A DNA stretch of 64,000 bases from Ostrea edulis. Lineage: Eukaryota. The stretch covers positions 78,616,001-78,680,000 of the forward strand of contig NC_079164.1 of the NCBI RefSeq assembly GCF_947568905.1, written 5' to 3'. The notes below the pieces were generated by a model, which ran no database searches, was not told where the DNA came from, and worked only from the letters and a program-made list of their open reading frames with translations. Both the position numbers and the translations under genes were made by a program. The stretch's first letter is position 1, and every line of letters begins with the position of its first letter. Shown in pieces: positions 50,084-61,237 of the stretch.

Positions 50084-53000
50084 GTAGGGTACCAAACATT
50101 AACATAGGTGTTGATCAGTGACTGCACACTCACAATGAACAGAACATGAAGACTTTGTTATGGGAGTTCATTATGAAATATATACTAAATGCATTGCCAC
50201 ATGACACATGCATAATGATGTAGAGCAGGACTGCATAAAAATTATTTTGATCTTTTATTTACCAGGTCATTGATAGACGAGTTCGAGAACTCAGTGTAGA
50301 ATCTCAGATCCTGCCATTGGATACACCAGCTTTTACATTAAAAGAGGGAGCTTATACGTAAGTAGGTGTGGCCATGATACATTAATTATTGTAACATACA
50401 GTTGATTCTCGTTAAACCACAGTCTTTTGTGATATGTAAATCTGTCAATATAAGGAAAGTGGTGATGAATTGAATGTAGAGCAATAGAGCATATCAATGG
50501 ATAGTTTGATCATATATATTTAATTGTCACCCGCTTTAAACGGGGAATTTTTAAGCATGTATTGGGTCTGTTTGGCCGTCATTCTGTCTGTTGCACTTTC
50601 GTTTCCAGAGTGAGATTATATCTCTTAAAGACAAGTCCTTAAGCTTGAATGAAATTACATTAAACAACTCCCTATGACTTGAAGAAGTCCCCTATTGATT
50701 GTAAGGTCGAAGACCAGGGTCATACATTCATGTCTTAAAATGGTTTCCAGTGATAATTTCACATTTCTGTAATCTTGTACGAGGGCCTCAATGGGATGAA
50801 TCTCTATCATAACATAAGGCATCTCTCTATTGATTTTTAGATCAAAAAGGTGAAAGGTCAAGGTCACAATTCATATATACTGTAAAACTAGCCTCCCCCA
50901 TTTTCTTACAACTGGTGACTAAGTGTTTAGGGTGTATGTTTTTATGCTCCCATAATCCGAGATTCATAAGTCTGTCTGTCTCTGTCCACAAAAACTTTAA
51001 CCTTGGTCATAAATTTGAATGAATGGTGATAGGGCTTTCATATTTCACATTTGTATTCCTTGTGACAAGACCTTTAATGTTTTCTTTTGGCACCAAAATG
51101 TTTGACCTTTTGTCCTTTACCTTGAGTTTGTTCTTCTTTTGAAAAACTATAACCTAGGCCATAACTTTTCACCAATAAGTGCTAGCGAGGGATTTCAATT
51201 TTTGTTTTCATTGTGAGAAGATCTTTCTTTTTGTATGAAATTTTTTTTTTAAAGAATAATAACATTTAAACATAAAGTAATTGGCCACTGGCCTGAAGAT
51301 CAAATTGAGTTTGTAAAATTGTTACTCATACAAGACTCTCAGGCCTTACAAGTGCTTTTCTTCAATATCATGGAATTTCTTTGAAAATTGTATTGCCATA
51401 TATTGCAATGGAGTGAATCAATAGTTAAAGCATATTTTGCACAATCCAATGAATATGCACACCATTGTTTCCTCTGAAATTTAGAGCTTTGCTATTTCGA
51501 CATTGCATAACTGTATTCTAAAATCTGGAACAGAAAACAAAGCTATTCCCTATTAAACAGTTATCTTGTTTGTTTAAAAGTCTTTAAAGTTTCCTAGACT
51601 ATTAAGCTTACCTATGGCATTTCTATGATGATCAAAGGTGACAGCTAATTAACAGATTTAATGATCACAAGCCAGGTAAATTACAGCATTTGACACCCAA
51701 TTATTGATGTTTGTTTTGAAAACAAGGTACATGTAGGGATGGGAGTTATGAATAATGTGTTTTGTATAACATGAAAAAGGTTCTTGACGAAATGTGGAGG
51801 TACAATGAAAATGGTGATAATTTGAGAATTAAATGTATATACATGAAAATTGTGTTTTTTTTCATCATGTTTTTTCATCTATTTAATATATTGACAGATG
51901 CTAAATGATTGTTATTTAACAACATTTTCAATTTTCATTCTTTGATATATCATTACATGTAGATGACAGAAATGGAGGCGGAGTTTGATAGAAACGTTTT
52001 TTGTAATTTTGCAGCGCCATCATCATATCAGGAGGACCTAACTCCGTCTACGCTGAGAATGCTCCAAGGTATGATCCTGAGATATTTACATGTGGACTGC
52101 CAGTGTTGGGGATCTGTTACGGAATGCAGGTATACAGTAACAATTTTATTTCTCGTTAGTTAAATGTAGTAATGCACACTGCACATTATTAATTATTCAT
52201 GTGTATTGCTTACTGGAAAGGATACAGAAGAGCATCCACTCTCTAATTTAAGGGAACTAATGGATTTCTTGGAATTAAAGCTTAACTGCGTTTTTTATGG
52301 CGTCGAGCTTTGCTCGAACGGCATCTAGTCAGCGTGTACGACTGAATCAGCTGAAAAGTTTACGCGACCGAAGGTGTCAGACTATCGATGCTTCCGCGGA
52401 AAAATCCCGCGCTTTTTGTAATGGCGTATGAATATCTGTACTGTTTAATGATTTACGACATTTTAAAGTTGTTAATGAGAAACAAATGAAAATTATCACA
52501 TTGATTTACTTTAACATTTATAAACTTTCACAAAAAATAAAAACAAATCAAATAAAAATTCCAATTTCAATGCGAACTACATTTGCAAAGTCACGTGATG
52601 TCTGAAACGATAGCGTGTCTAGACGAAAGATAGCGTGGGTTTTGTTTGTAAACATTTCGTGCTGTTGGCGAAATTTAAACTGAGAAATAGTGTATCGCGG
52701 ATTATTTATGGTTATTATATTTTAGGGTAGGTAATGTTTATTTGACTGTAGCATTCTCAGTAGGGTATTAACGCATCTGTAGGTTTGCAAATCATTGGTC
52801 AACTCGGTATATAAACACTGGCACGTGTTAATGTTATTGTAAACAAACCAAGCACGGAAGCATTCATTATTATAAGGCTTTCAAGTAAAGGTTTTTGTGG
52901 AGGTAAAAGTTACTGAATTAACAAAATTTTTTTTTAATCTGACTAGATTTTCATCTCTTGAGATGCTAGCAGTGATATACATGTATACTACAAATGGTCC

Positions 53001-56000
53001 ATAGTTGTTTACATTGTTGCACATATTTCTTATTAAAATTTTGGTTTAAAACTTATTTCTTGTTTTTATTATGTTATCAACAAGTACATGCAATGCTGCC
53101 CTTTACAACTATTAAAAGGAGAGTTCTCACAACAGTTGACTTTTTCACTAAATATCTTAATGCACAAATTTTCAGTTCTTTGTGAATTACATCTGTGCCA
53201 AGGATTGTAGAGTACTCCCTTGGCTAGCAAAGATGTGTGAATAATTGAGAGCAATGGTTGATCACAAAAATCTTCATTATTTAATAACATTAGATATTGT
53301 AAATAATCCTTTGAAAAATATTCTGAAGAAATGAATGGAATTGTAAAAAAATATATCTGTAATTGAATTTTTTTGTGAAAAGAGCTACTGAACAGATGTA
53401 TTAGAAGCATTTTCCTGTATGAAGGATAAATATTCTTGATATTGCTTGAATTCAAAGCTGTATGTGTGTTTTTAATACATGTACAGCTAATCTTCGTTAT
53501 CGGGAATATGTAAATAGAGTTGCCAGTCCAAACCACTTCTTTTTTGTGTGTGTGTTATCCTTGTTATTGCAAATCCTTGGATATCTCAAATTTAATTTCA
53601 GTCCTGTTGAATTTGCAATAACAAGGTGTGACTGTAGACAATGGCATCAAAATATTCACAGGTAGAAGACTCTCCATTGAGATGTATATAAAGCTATATC
53701 TACTCTGTGTACATACAATAAGGGATGAAGCATTGATAAACTGGACAGTACATAGTTTCATTATAATCTTTGCTTTCTTAGCACGACACCATTGTGACCC
53801 TTCAGGCCTTTGATAATTGAATTTGGAATTTTGTCATTCTAGTTTCTGAGATTTTTCAATATACTCGGTCGTCATGGCCAATATCATATACAGTGATAAT
53901 GGAAATGCATGATCGTCAGTGACTGGGAAGGTCAGTAAGACTCTGACCCTATTGTTAAAAATTTGACTAGACCATTTTGAAGGTCCATTTTAGAATTCAA
54001 TAATATAAAATAACAAATGAAATCCATCGGTAATTGGTAGTTTGTACATTTTTAAGTTGTAACCTAGGCATAAAATAAATGCATGTATTTTGTTTCATGA
54101 TCACTGAAACATTTTTCTATATAGAATATATTAAAAAATTTGACTTAGAAAGAATTAAGTTTTATGTAAATTCATGGGTGAAGGGTACAGGAATTTTTAT
54201 GATTGTGATCCAGCAACTTTAAATCATGTACCTAGGCTATTGAACTTGATTCATTGCTATAAGTAACAATGCAGTCTTAATCATATGTATTGTTAAGCCT
54301 TCATTGTACTGGTAAATGAAATGGAGATGTTTTCAGTTGTGTATCACTGATTTTTGTAGTCACATTTTCGTGATTTCTGTAGAAATAACATGGTGGCATG
54401 GTCTTGATTTCTTGTGAATGTGGTATCATTCATTGTGTAGTACTCCATTTCCTGTTTGGAGGACCTGAATTTATCTACTTGATATCTATTCTTGATGCTG
54501 CAAAATTTATCATATGGTGACAGATGATCTTATGATTTCTTGTCCGTTGAGAGCACTTTTCCTGAGGAAGTAAAAGAATAAAGATATGATATTATATCAT
54601 ATATATAATGTAGTAAACCATTTGGAATGATTCTCTATAAGCTATATAAAACAGAGAAATTGCTTAAAGTTTTGCATTTATCCTTTTAAAAAAAATTTTT
54701 TTTTTCTTTACATGTGCTAGTTTCTGCTTTCAGTTTTTTCTCCCTCCATGTGTTTTCTTGTGAATTGAATGATACTGTACTAGTATAGATCTGACTGATC
54801 CATTATTTTGTGTTGTATATCAGCTGCTCAACAAAGAATTTGGTGGTACAGTACATCCTAAAGAGGCACGAGAAGATGGACAATTCACAATAACTATTGA
54901 CACAAATTGCTCATTATTCAGGTACCCTTTTCTATTGAGTTAAAAAAAAAGAAGCAAGACCATCATTTAAAAATTTTGAATTTCTGGCATTTCACTGTAC
55001 ATGATGAAATTTGTATACTTTCCTCATAATACAGTAGGGGGACAAAAGTGTTGAGAAAAAATGGCGTTACGTGTCCAACACAAGAGAGGCCACTCGTACG
55101 AAAAACCGTCTTGACGGCTGATTTACTAGAATAAAGAAACAATGAGTTACCTCAGTCATTAGTTAGGTGACCCTTCAATCGGATGACTTGCTTGAATCTC
55201 CCGGGAACAGAATTATAAAGATTTCTGACATGATTTAAGTTAATGTCCTGCCATATCCTGAGCGTGTGTTGAAAAAGTTCGTCGGCGGAATTTATATTAT
55301 GCATCTGTGATTGAAGTTTTCTTTTAATATATAACCAAACATTTTCAATAATATTTAAGTCCGGAGACTGTGCAGGCCAGCTCATGTTTTTTATTTGATT
55401 TCTGGCAATGAATTCCTGTGTCAAACGAGATCCATGTACTGGGGCATTATCGTCTTGGAAAAGGTAACTACCGTTTAGAAAATGACGCACAATAATTGGC
55501 CAAAGGTTTGTATCTAATTTATCAATGTATTTTGCTGAATTTATATTCCCTTCAACTCGACATAATGTTCCAACTCCATTAAAACACAAGCATCCCCAAA
55601 CCATAATGCTTAACTTTCGACCATTTTGTTGCAGTACTATATCGGGTCTCCAACCCTCCCCAGCTTTCTTCCACACATAAACACGGTTGTTTTCACCCAC
55701 ACATATCTGAGATTTGTCACTAAAAATCACTTTAGACCACTGATTTTGTACATCCCACCACCTCCTCTCTACACCATGACAAGCGTTTCTTTATGTTGAC
55801 ATTTTTAATTACAACTTTCTCCTTATATACACTCCTCTGGAGAAGCCATTTTCTCTAAGATGACGTTTGATAGTCTTCTGGGACACTGATGCTGGTCTAT
55901 TTTCATTAAATTGTGCTGTAATGTCTCTTAGTGGAGCCCACCGATCTTTGTTTACGATTCTCTGGAGCTTTCGATATTCCAGATTGTCAATGGAATGAGG

Positions 56001-59000
56001 CTGGGCCGATCTTGGTAAATTTTCTATCGATCCAGTGCTTTGAAGTTTACGGACAACTCGATATACCGAAGCCAAAGATCTGTTGACACTGTTAGCAATC
56101 GCTGATATTTTTTCTCCGTTCTAATGTAGCTCTATAATAACTTGCTTTAAGGGTTGTGAAATTTCTTGACGCTTCATCTCCATTTTGTTATCGAGGTATT
56201 ATCTAAACAAAACTATGAGCAGACGATAAAATATACGTAATGTCACACGTGACACACTCTGATCTATTTATATTTCAATGGAATTTCCGTAACTCGAACC
56301 CTGAACAGAAATAAACGGATTTTAGTACGCGCGGATCTATGACATGTTACAGCGACACCTATTTCTTTCTCAACACTTTTGTCCCCCTACTGTAGGGTAA
56401 GTAGAGAGGCATCACATGCTAGTGTAATGAAAATGTGAAATCGTATTTGATGAAATTCATGAATAAAAATTAACAGGTCCCTAAAGAAAGAGCAGAATGT
56501 GTTGCTAACCCATGGAGATAGTATAGACACAGTGGCCAGAGGCTTTACTGCTGTAGCTCACTCGGGAAACATCATTTCAGGTGAGTGTGATTGATTGATT
56601 GTATATTGTTAAACGTCCCTCTCAAGAATATTTCACTCGTATGGAGACGTCACCATTGCTGGTGAAGGGCTAAATTTAGGCCTATGCTCAGCGCTTACGG
56701 CCTTTGAGCAGGGAGGGATCTTTATCGTGCAACACCTGCTGTGACACGGGACCTCGGGTTTTACGGTGTCATCCGAAGAACCGCCCCATTTAGTCGCCTC
56801 TTACGACAAGCAAGGGGTACTGAGGACCTGGATCCCCACGGGACCAGGTGAGTGTGTATCGACTGGCTAGGAATTGCTGTTTATTTAGATATTGTTTTCT
56901 GCCAGTAATTAACAGTCAAGGCACAATTCAAATAAGGCTGCCTAAAGTTAATTCTACGTTTAATGTCACCCGCGCGCGTAGGTTTCGGCGAAATTGCCGT
57001 TTTGAAAAAACAAACAAATCCGGATTTGAAGTAGTCGTTCGGGTTTGGCTTTTCATTTAGCGACTTGATTCTACTTCCCGCGTAAGAGGGAAACGCATGC
57101 AAAATTGAATCAGAGGTGTTTACGTGAAGAAAATGGAAGTATATGCCACTATTGAAGCAAAGAAAACGTACAAAGATGGTTTGAACCGAACTAATCTCAG
57201 CGAGATTCGTCGAAGCTGGACTGACCCCTCTTCTGAATGTCAGACCAGTGTCACACAAAGTGAAATCTTGCCTGAACTTCGGCCGCTTTTTGCGATTAAA
57301 ATGGGTTAAACTGAATTCCTTGACCGCTTCAACTTTTCGCCTTCGACATCCTATTAACTCCCTATCACAATGAAACATGCATTTCTTACCTTTACATAGT
57401 GTAAATCCCATAGTAAATAAAGATGGTTATTTTCGAAGCCGTTGCAAACGGCCACCATTTCATATAAAATTTACCTTCTCAACACTGAAGAGTTCCGATA
57501 TACTATTTCATGACAGTTTGTACTACGATTGGAAATACATAACTTACTGATTGATAATTACTTTGTACAAATCATTTAAAGGGACTGATTCACGATTTTA
57601 CCCAAAATTTTGTTTTTCACTTTTAATGATCAAAATCTACTGTCTAATATGTTTGAAAGATTTCATATGGAAATCAATGTTATACATCATCACAGAAGCT
57701 CATTTTAGAGAGTTTATTATTTGTTTTGTAAACAAAGATTGCGGTATGATATTATTTACGAAATTTTCAAAAGAAATGGAAATCGATCTAAGTTTATTAT
57801 ATCTTTCACATTTCAAGCATTTTGGGGGTAAAATGTGTCATCTAATAGTAAAAATTTGTGACTATACAACATTAAGATGCATTATATCACAAAATCAATA
57901 GTTCACTTGTTTGTTTGTGTACATAAAAAGACTCGAGTCTTTGTTTACATAACATAGATTTAAGGCTAAAATATTGCTTTCATTCTTGCATTCAGAAGGT
58001 CAAAATTTTGGCTGTCAACATTAAATGAGTTATATTTCTAATGTTTAACATCAAAAATGAAAAAATATTTTTATCAAAAATCATGAACCAGTCCCTTTAA
58101 TCATAAAAATTAAAAGCACTAAAAAGAAAACTGTGCAATATTTTAATCAATTTATTTGAAGACATCCTAAACTATTGGAATCCTGCCTTGTATTTGTAGA
58201 AGTGAAGGTACAATCCTGATCTTTAGTTGTGGTACACCAAATTAGCATCTTTCAACACTGATTAATAGTACATAGAAAATTGTATAACAAAAAACAAACC
58301 AACACAAAACAAAGTAAAGCATATTTTAAACTTTAAGATGTGTCATTACAAAAATGTATGAAATATTGTCATAATAATTTTAATTGTAACTGGGTCACAT
58401 GTGTCTAGCAACTATTTCCACAAAAGGAAGTTTTCCTTTAGTTTGCTATGTTTGTGGTGATGAAAATCCATTAGATGTACCACCTGATGTTATCGCAAGC
58501 CACTCCTCCGCTCACCCAATCTGCATGGTGTGTTCGCAGAGGGGATACAAACCCAAATTAAGGAAAAAGTCTTTGTTGGGAAAACGCCAAAATTTACTTG
58601 GACTTGAAAATCAAATCCTTCAATGTGTTTAATTTGACATATTACTTTTTTGGTCACTAAATTGGGTGATTTTAATTGACTTGGACTTGAATATAAAACC
58701 CAACAATATCTATTATTTGAAATTGTTGATTTTTGGGGTCACTGAATAGGTGATTTTCAATAAATACACATTTGTTTAAAAATTTTGTTTGTTTATTTTT
58801 TTCCTCCCTCCCTCGTAGGTTTTGAAGTTTTGAGGTGACGTTAAACGTAGAATTAATTTTGAACAGCCTAAAGGTAATGTTAAACAATTTTGAAAAAAAT
58901 TTCATTGTTCTATTTCTTTCTAATTTCAATTTTATAGGGATAGCCAATGAGGATAAGAAATTGTATGGTGTTCAGTTTCATCCTGAAGTTGACCTAACAG

Positions 59001-59131
59001 AACAAGGGAAAGAAATGATGACTCACTTTCTGTTTGATATTGCTAAGTGTAAAGGAAGTTTTACCATGCAAGGACGGGAAGCCGAGTGTTTGAAATACAT
59101 CAAGGATGTCACAGGAGATCACAAAGTCTTG
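49991..59131 (+). CDS. GMPS: GMP synthase [glutamine-hydrolysing], 5' part (GATase domain), 232 codons in window; 3' exons lie beyond the window
   Basis: Exons 49991-50083, 50266-50357, 52015-52129, 54824-54921, 56477-56580 and 58938-59131 join in frame. Motifs: [36 protein letters not shown] (catalytic Cys), [16 protein letters not shown] (catalytic His/Glu). Confidence 0.96.
50266..50357 (+). CDS. GMPS: GMPS coding exon 2 ([13 protein letters not shown]...)
   Basis: Acceptor ttaccag, donor gtaagt. Confidence 0.95.
52015..52129 (+). CDS. GMPS: GMPS coding exon 3 ([12 protein letters not shown]...GICYGMQ)
   Basis: Acceptor ttttgcag, donor gtatac; nucleophile Cys motif. Confidence 0.95.
54824..54921 (+). 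CDS. GMPS: GMPS coding exon 4 ([10 protein letters not shown]...CSLF)
   Basis: Acceptor tatatcag, donor gtaccc. Confidence 0.93.
55032..56392 (-). mobile_element. Tc1-family (DD34E) transposon, full-length termini, disrupted transposase, in GMPS intron 4
   Basis: TA|CAGTAGGGGGACAAAAGTGTTGAGAAA ... TTTCTCAACACTTTTGTCCCCCTACTG|[14 protein letters not shown] and [12 protein letters not shown], with 34 residues between D and E. Early TAG stop and frameshifts. Confidence 0.93.
56477..56580 (+). CDS. GMPS: GMPS coding exon 5 ([15 protein letters not shown]...NIIS)
   Basis: Acceptor ttaacag, donor CAG|gtgagt. Confidence 0.94.
56590..56844 (-). mobile_element. SINE-like retroposon inserted in the GMPS exon 5 donor, 12-bp TSD CAGGTGAGTGTG
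   Basis: TSD copies at 56578-56589 and 56845-56856; (ATTG)n tail next to the exon. Confidence 0.85.
56936..58868. mobile_element. 1.9-kb deleted DNA transposon with GG..CC termini and TAA TSD (Zator/PIF-Harbinger-like)
   Basis: TAA|GGCTGCCTAAAGTTAATTCTACGTTTAATGTCACC ... GGTGACGTTAAACGTAGAATTAATTTTGAACAGCC|TAA. Residual Cys/His-rich ORF VCYVCG...HPICMVC at 58399-58632. Confidence 0.7.
57580..58096. mobile_element. TTAA-flanked MITE (Kolobok-like) nested in 56936-58868
   Basis: TTAA|AGGGACTGATTCACGATTTT ... AAAATCATGAACCAGTCCCT|TTAA. Confidence 0.8.
58938..59131 (+). CDS. GMPS: GMPS coding exon 6 ([17 protein letters not shown]...DHKVL)
   Basis: Acceptor ttttatag, donor gtatca; HPE catalytic motif. 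Confidence 0.95.
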
Positions 59132-59167
59132 GTATCAAGTTTTTTTTTTTCTTTTACCATGTAGCTG

Positions 59168-59317
59168 ATTTTTAGCTCACCTAACAATCAAGTGAGCTTT
59201 TCTGATCAAAATTTGTATGTTGTCTGCGCCATTGTTGTAAACTTTTTCACAATTTCATCTTCTTCTCCAGAACCCATTGGCCAAGTTTAATCAAATTTAA
59301 CACAGAGTACCCTTGGT

Positions 59318-59351
<34 letters not shown>

Positions 59352-60545
59352 ATATCCCTTTCCAAAGGGAGGTAATCAAGGAAAGGCAAAAAACAGGGTG
59401 GGTTTATTTAAAAATGTTCTTAACATTATAACTGGACCAGAAAAACTTGTGTGGAAGCTTCCTGACATAATAAAGATTAAAGTTTGTCTAATTTATTGTC
59501 TACAGGGGTAGGGTGGGGCTACAATAGGGAATTAAAGTTTTACATGGAGAAACATGTATGTAAAGGGAAATAGATTTCAAAAAGAATTTCTCAAGAGCAA
59601 CAGGGTTATGATTAATCATATTGATGTACAAGCATCCTGAGGTACTGCAAACTCAAAGGGGGATGTAGAATAGGGGTTGAAGTTTTATATGTAAGAATAT
59701 ATAGGAGAAGATCTTAAAAAATCTCTCAAGAGCAGCAAGACCAGGAATATCAATATGCAAGCCATTTTCAGATCGTGCAGATGCAAACAAGCCATTTTCA
59801 GATCGTGCAGATTCAAACAAGCCATTTTCAGATTGTGCAGATTCAAACAAGCCAATTTCAGATTGTGCAGATTCAAACAAGCCATTTTCAGATTGTGCAG
59901 ATTCAAACAAGCCATTTTCAGATCGTGCAGATTCAAGCAAGCCATTTTCAGATCATGCAGATTCAAAAAAGCCATTTTCAGATTGTGCAGATTCAAACAA
60001 GCCATTTTCAGATCGTGCAGATTCAAACAAGCCATTTTCAGATCGTGCAGATTCAAAAAAGCCATTTTCAGATCGTGCAGATTCAAGCAAGCCATTTTCA
60101 CATAGTGCAGATTCAAGTTTAATCAAATCAATGCCCCAGGGTCAAGTTTAGGCTCAAAGTTTATATGGAAATCTTTGTGGGAAAATATGAAAATCATCTT
60201 CTCTAGAACAACAGGGCTATGAATCATTCCTGGGTAGTGCAGACTCAAGTTTGTGTGAATCATAGTCCCAGGAGGTAGGTTGGGGTTACAGGAATCAAAA
60301 TTTGATATGGGAATGTATATGAAAATAATCTTTAAAAAGTCTTCTCAAGAACCACTGGCCACAATTAGTCATACTGATATGCAAGCATTCCATTGCAGTG
60401 CAGATTCATATTTTATCAAAATATCCCGAGGCTAAGATGGGGCTAAAATAAGGATTCAAAGCTTTACATATATATATATATACATGTATGAGATTTTAAG
60501 AAAATTTTTCAAGAGTCACAGGGCTTACTAAATCATATTGATATG
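59168..60545. mobile_element. Helentron/HINE-like element carrying degenerate ~165-bp satellite-like monomers
   Basis: ttttagctcacc start; recurring blocks caagcat...tgcagattcaagttt...ggggtagggtgggg...aaagttttacat...ttctcaagaac. Confidence 0.6.
59761..60117. repeat. 30-bp minisatellite, 12 copies
   Basis: Unit GCCATTTTCAGAT(C/T)GTGCAGATTCAAACAA. It produces the 10-aa repeat ORFs in the track. Confidence 0.95.
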
Positions 60546-61237
60546 TAAACATTGAAGTTTTTTTCTTTGCCCTTCAAAGTAGAGGGGCATTTTTGCTTTG
60601 CACCAGTCGGTCGGTCAGTAGATGACCCCTATTGATTTTTAGGCCACATGGTCAATCCACTCCTGACAAAGGAAGATATTGTCTGCTCAATATTTAGAAT
60701 TGAATGATGCATGTGAATAACCCTTTTCAATTTTGCACCATGAAGGGCATATATGTTTTACAAACATCTCTTGTTGACATTATCTCTAACTTACTACATG
60801 TAGTTTTTTATTCACTCCTATATCTATAATATCAGCCTTGTCATTTGGCTGTTAGAAGGGGGGGGGGGGGGGGGGGGGGGGGGCATTCCACATTCCAGTT
60901 GTATCTTTACAGGTTTTTAGATTTCTTGTGCATATGATATGTAAAGAATGATAACTGGACACATTGTATAGGAACATATGGGGATATCAATTTGCTTAAC
61001 AATTGAAAATACGTGACAGTATGAACTGCAAATCTTCATGCTAGAATACTTCCTAAAGTGCGATGCAGTTCATAGCATCATGTATTCTCAAAAACGAAGT
61101 TTATATCTTATATTAACTTTCTATTTCTGTTTGAATTTCCAGCTGTTAGAATAAATGTATACATTTATCTGTATCCATACTCACATTGTTTACAACTGCT
61201 ATGCTTTATGAATTTATCTGTATCCATACTCACATTG

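Noticed and set aside
59653-60122. Four overlapping 10-aa-repeat ORFs
   Set aside because: They are by-products of the 30-bp tandem repeat, which is open in several frames on both strands.
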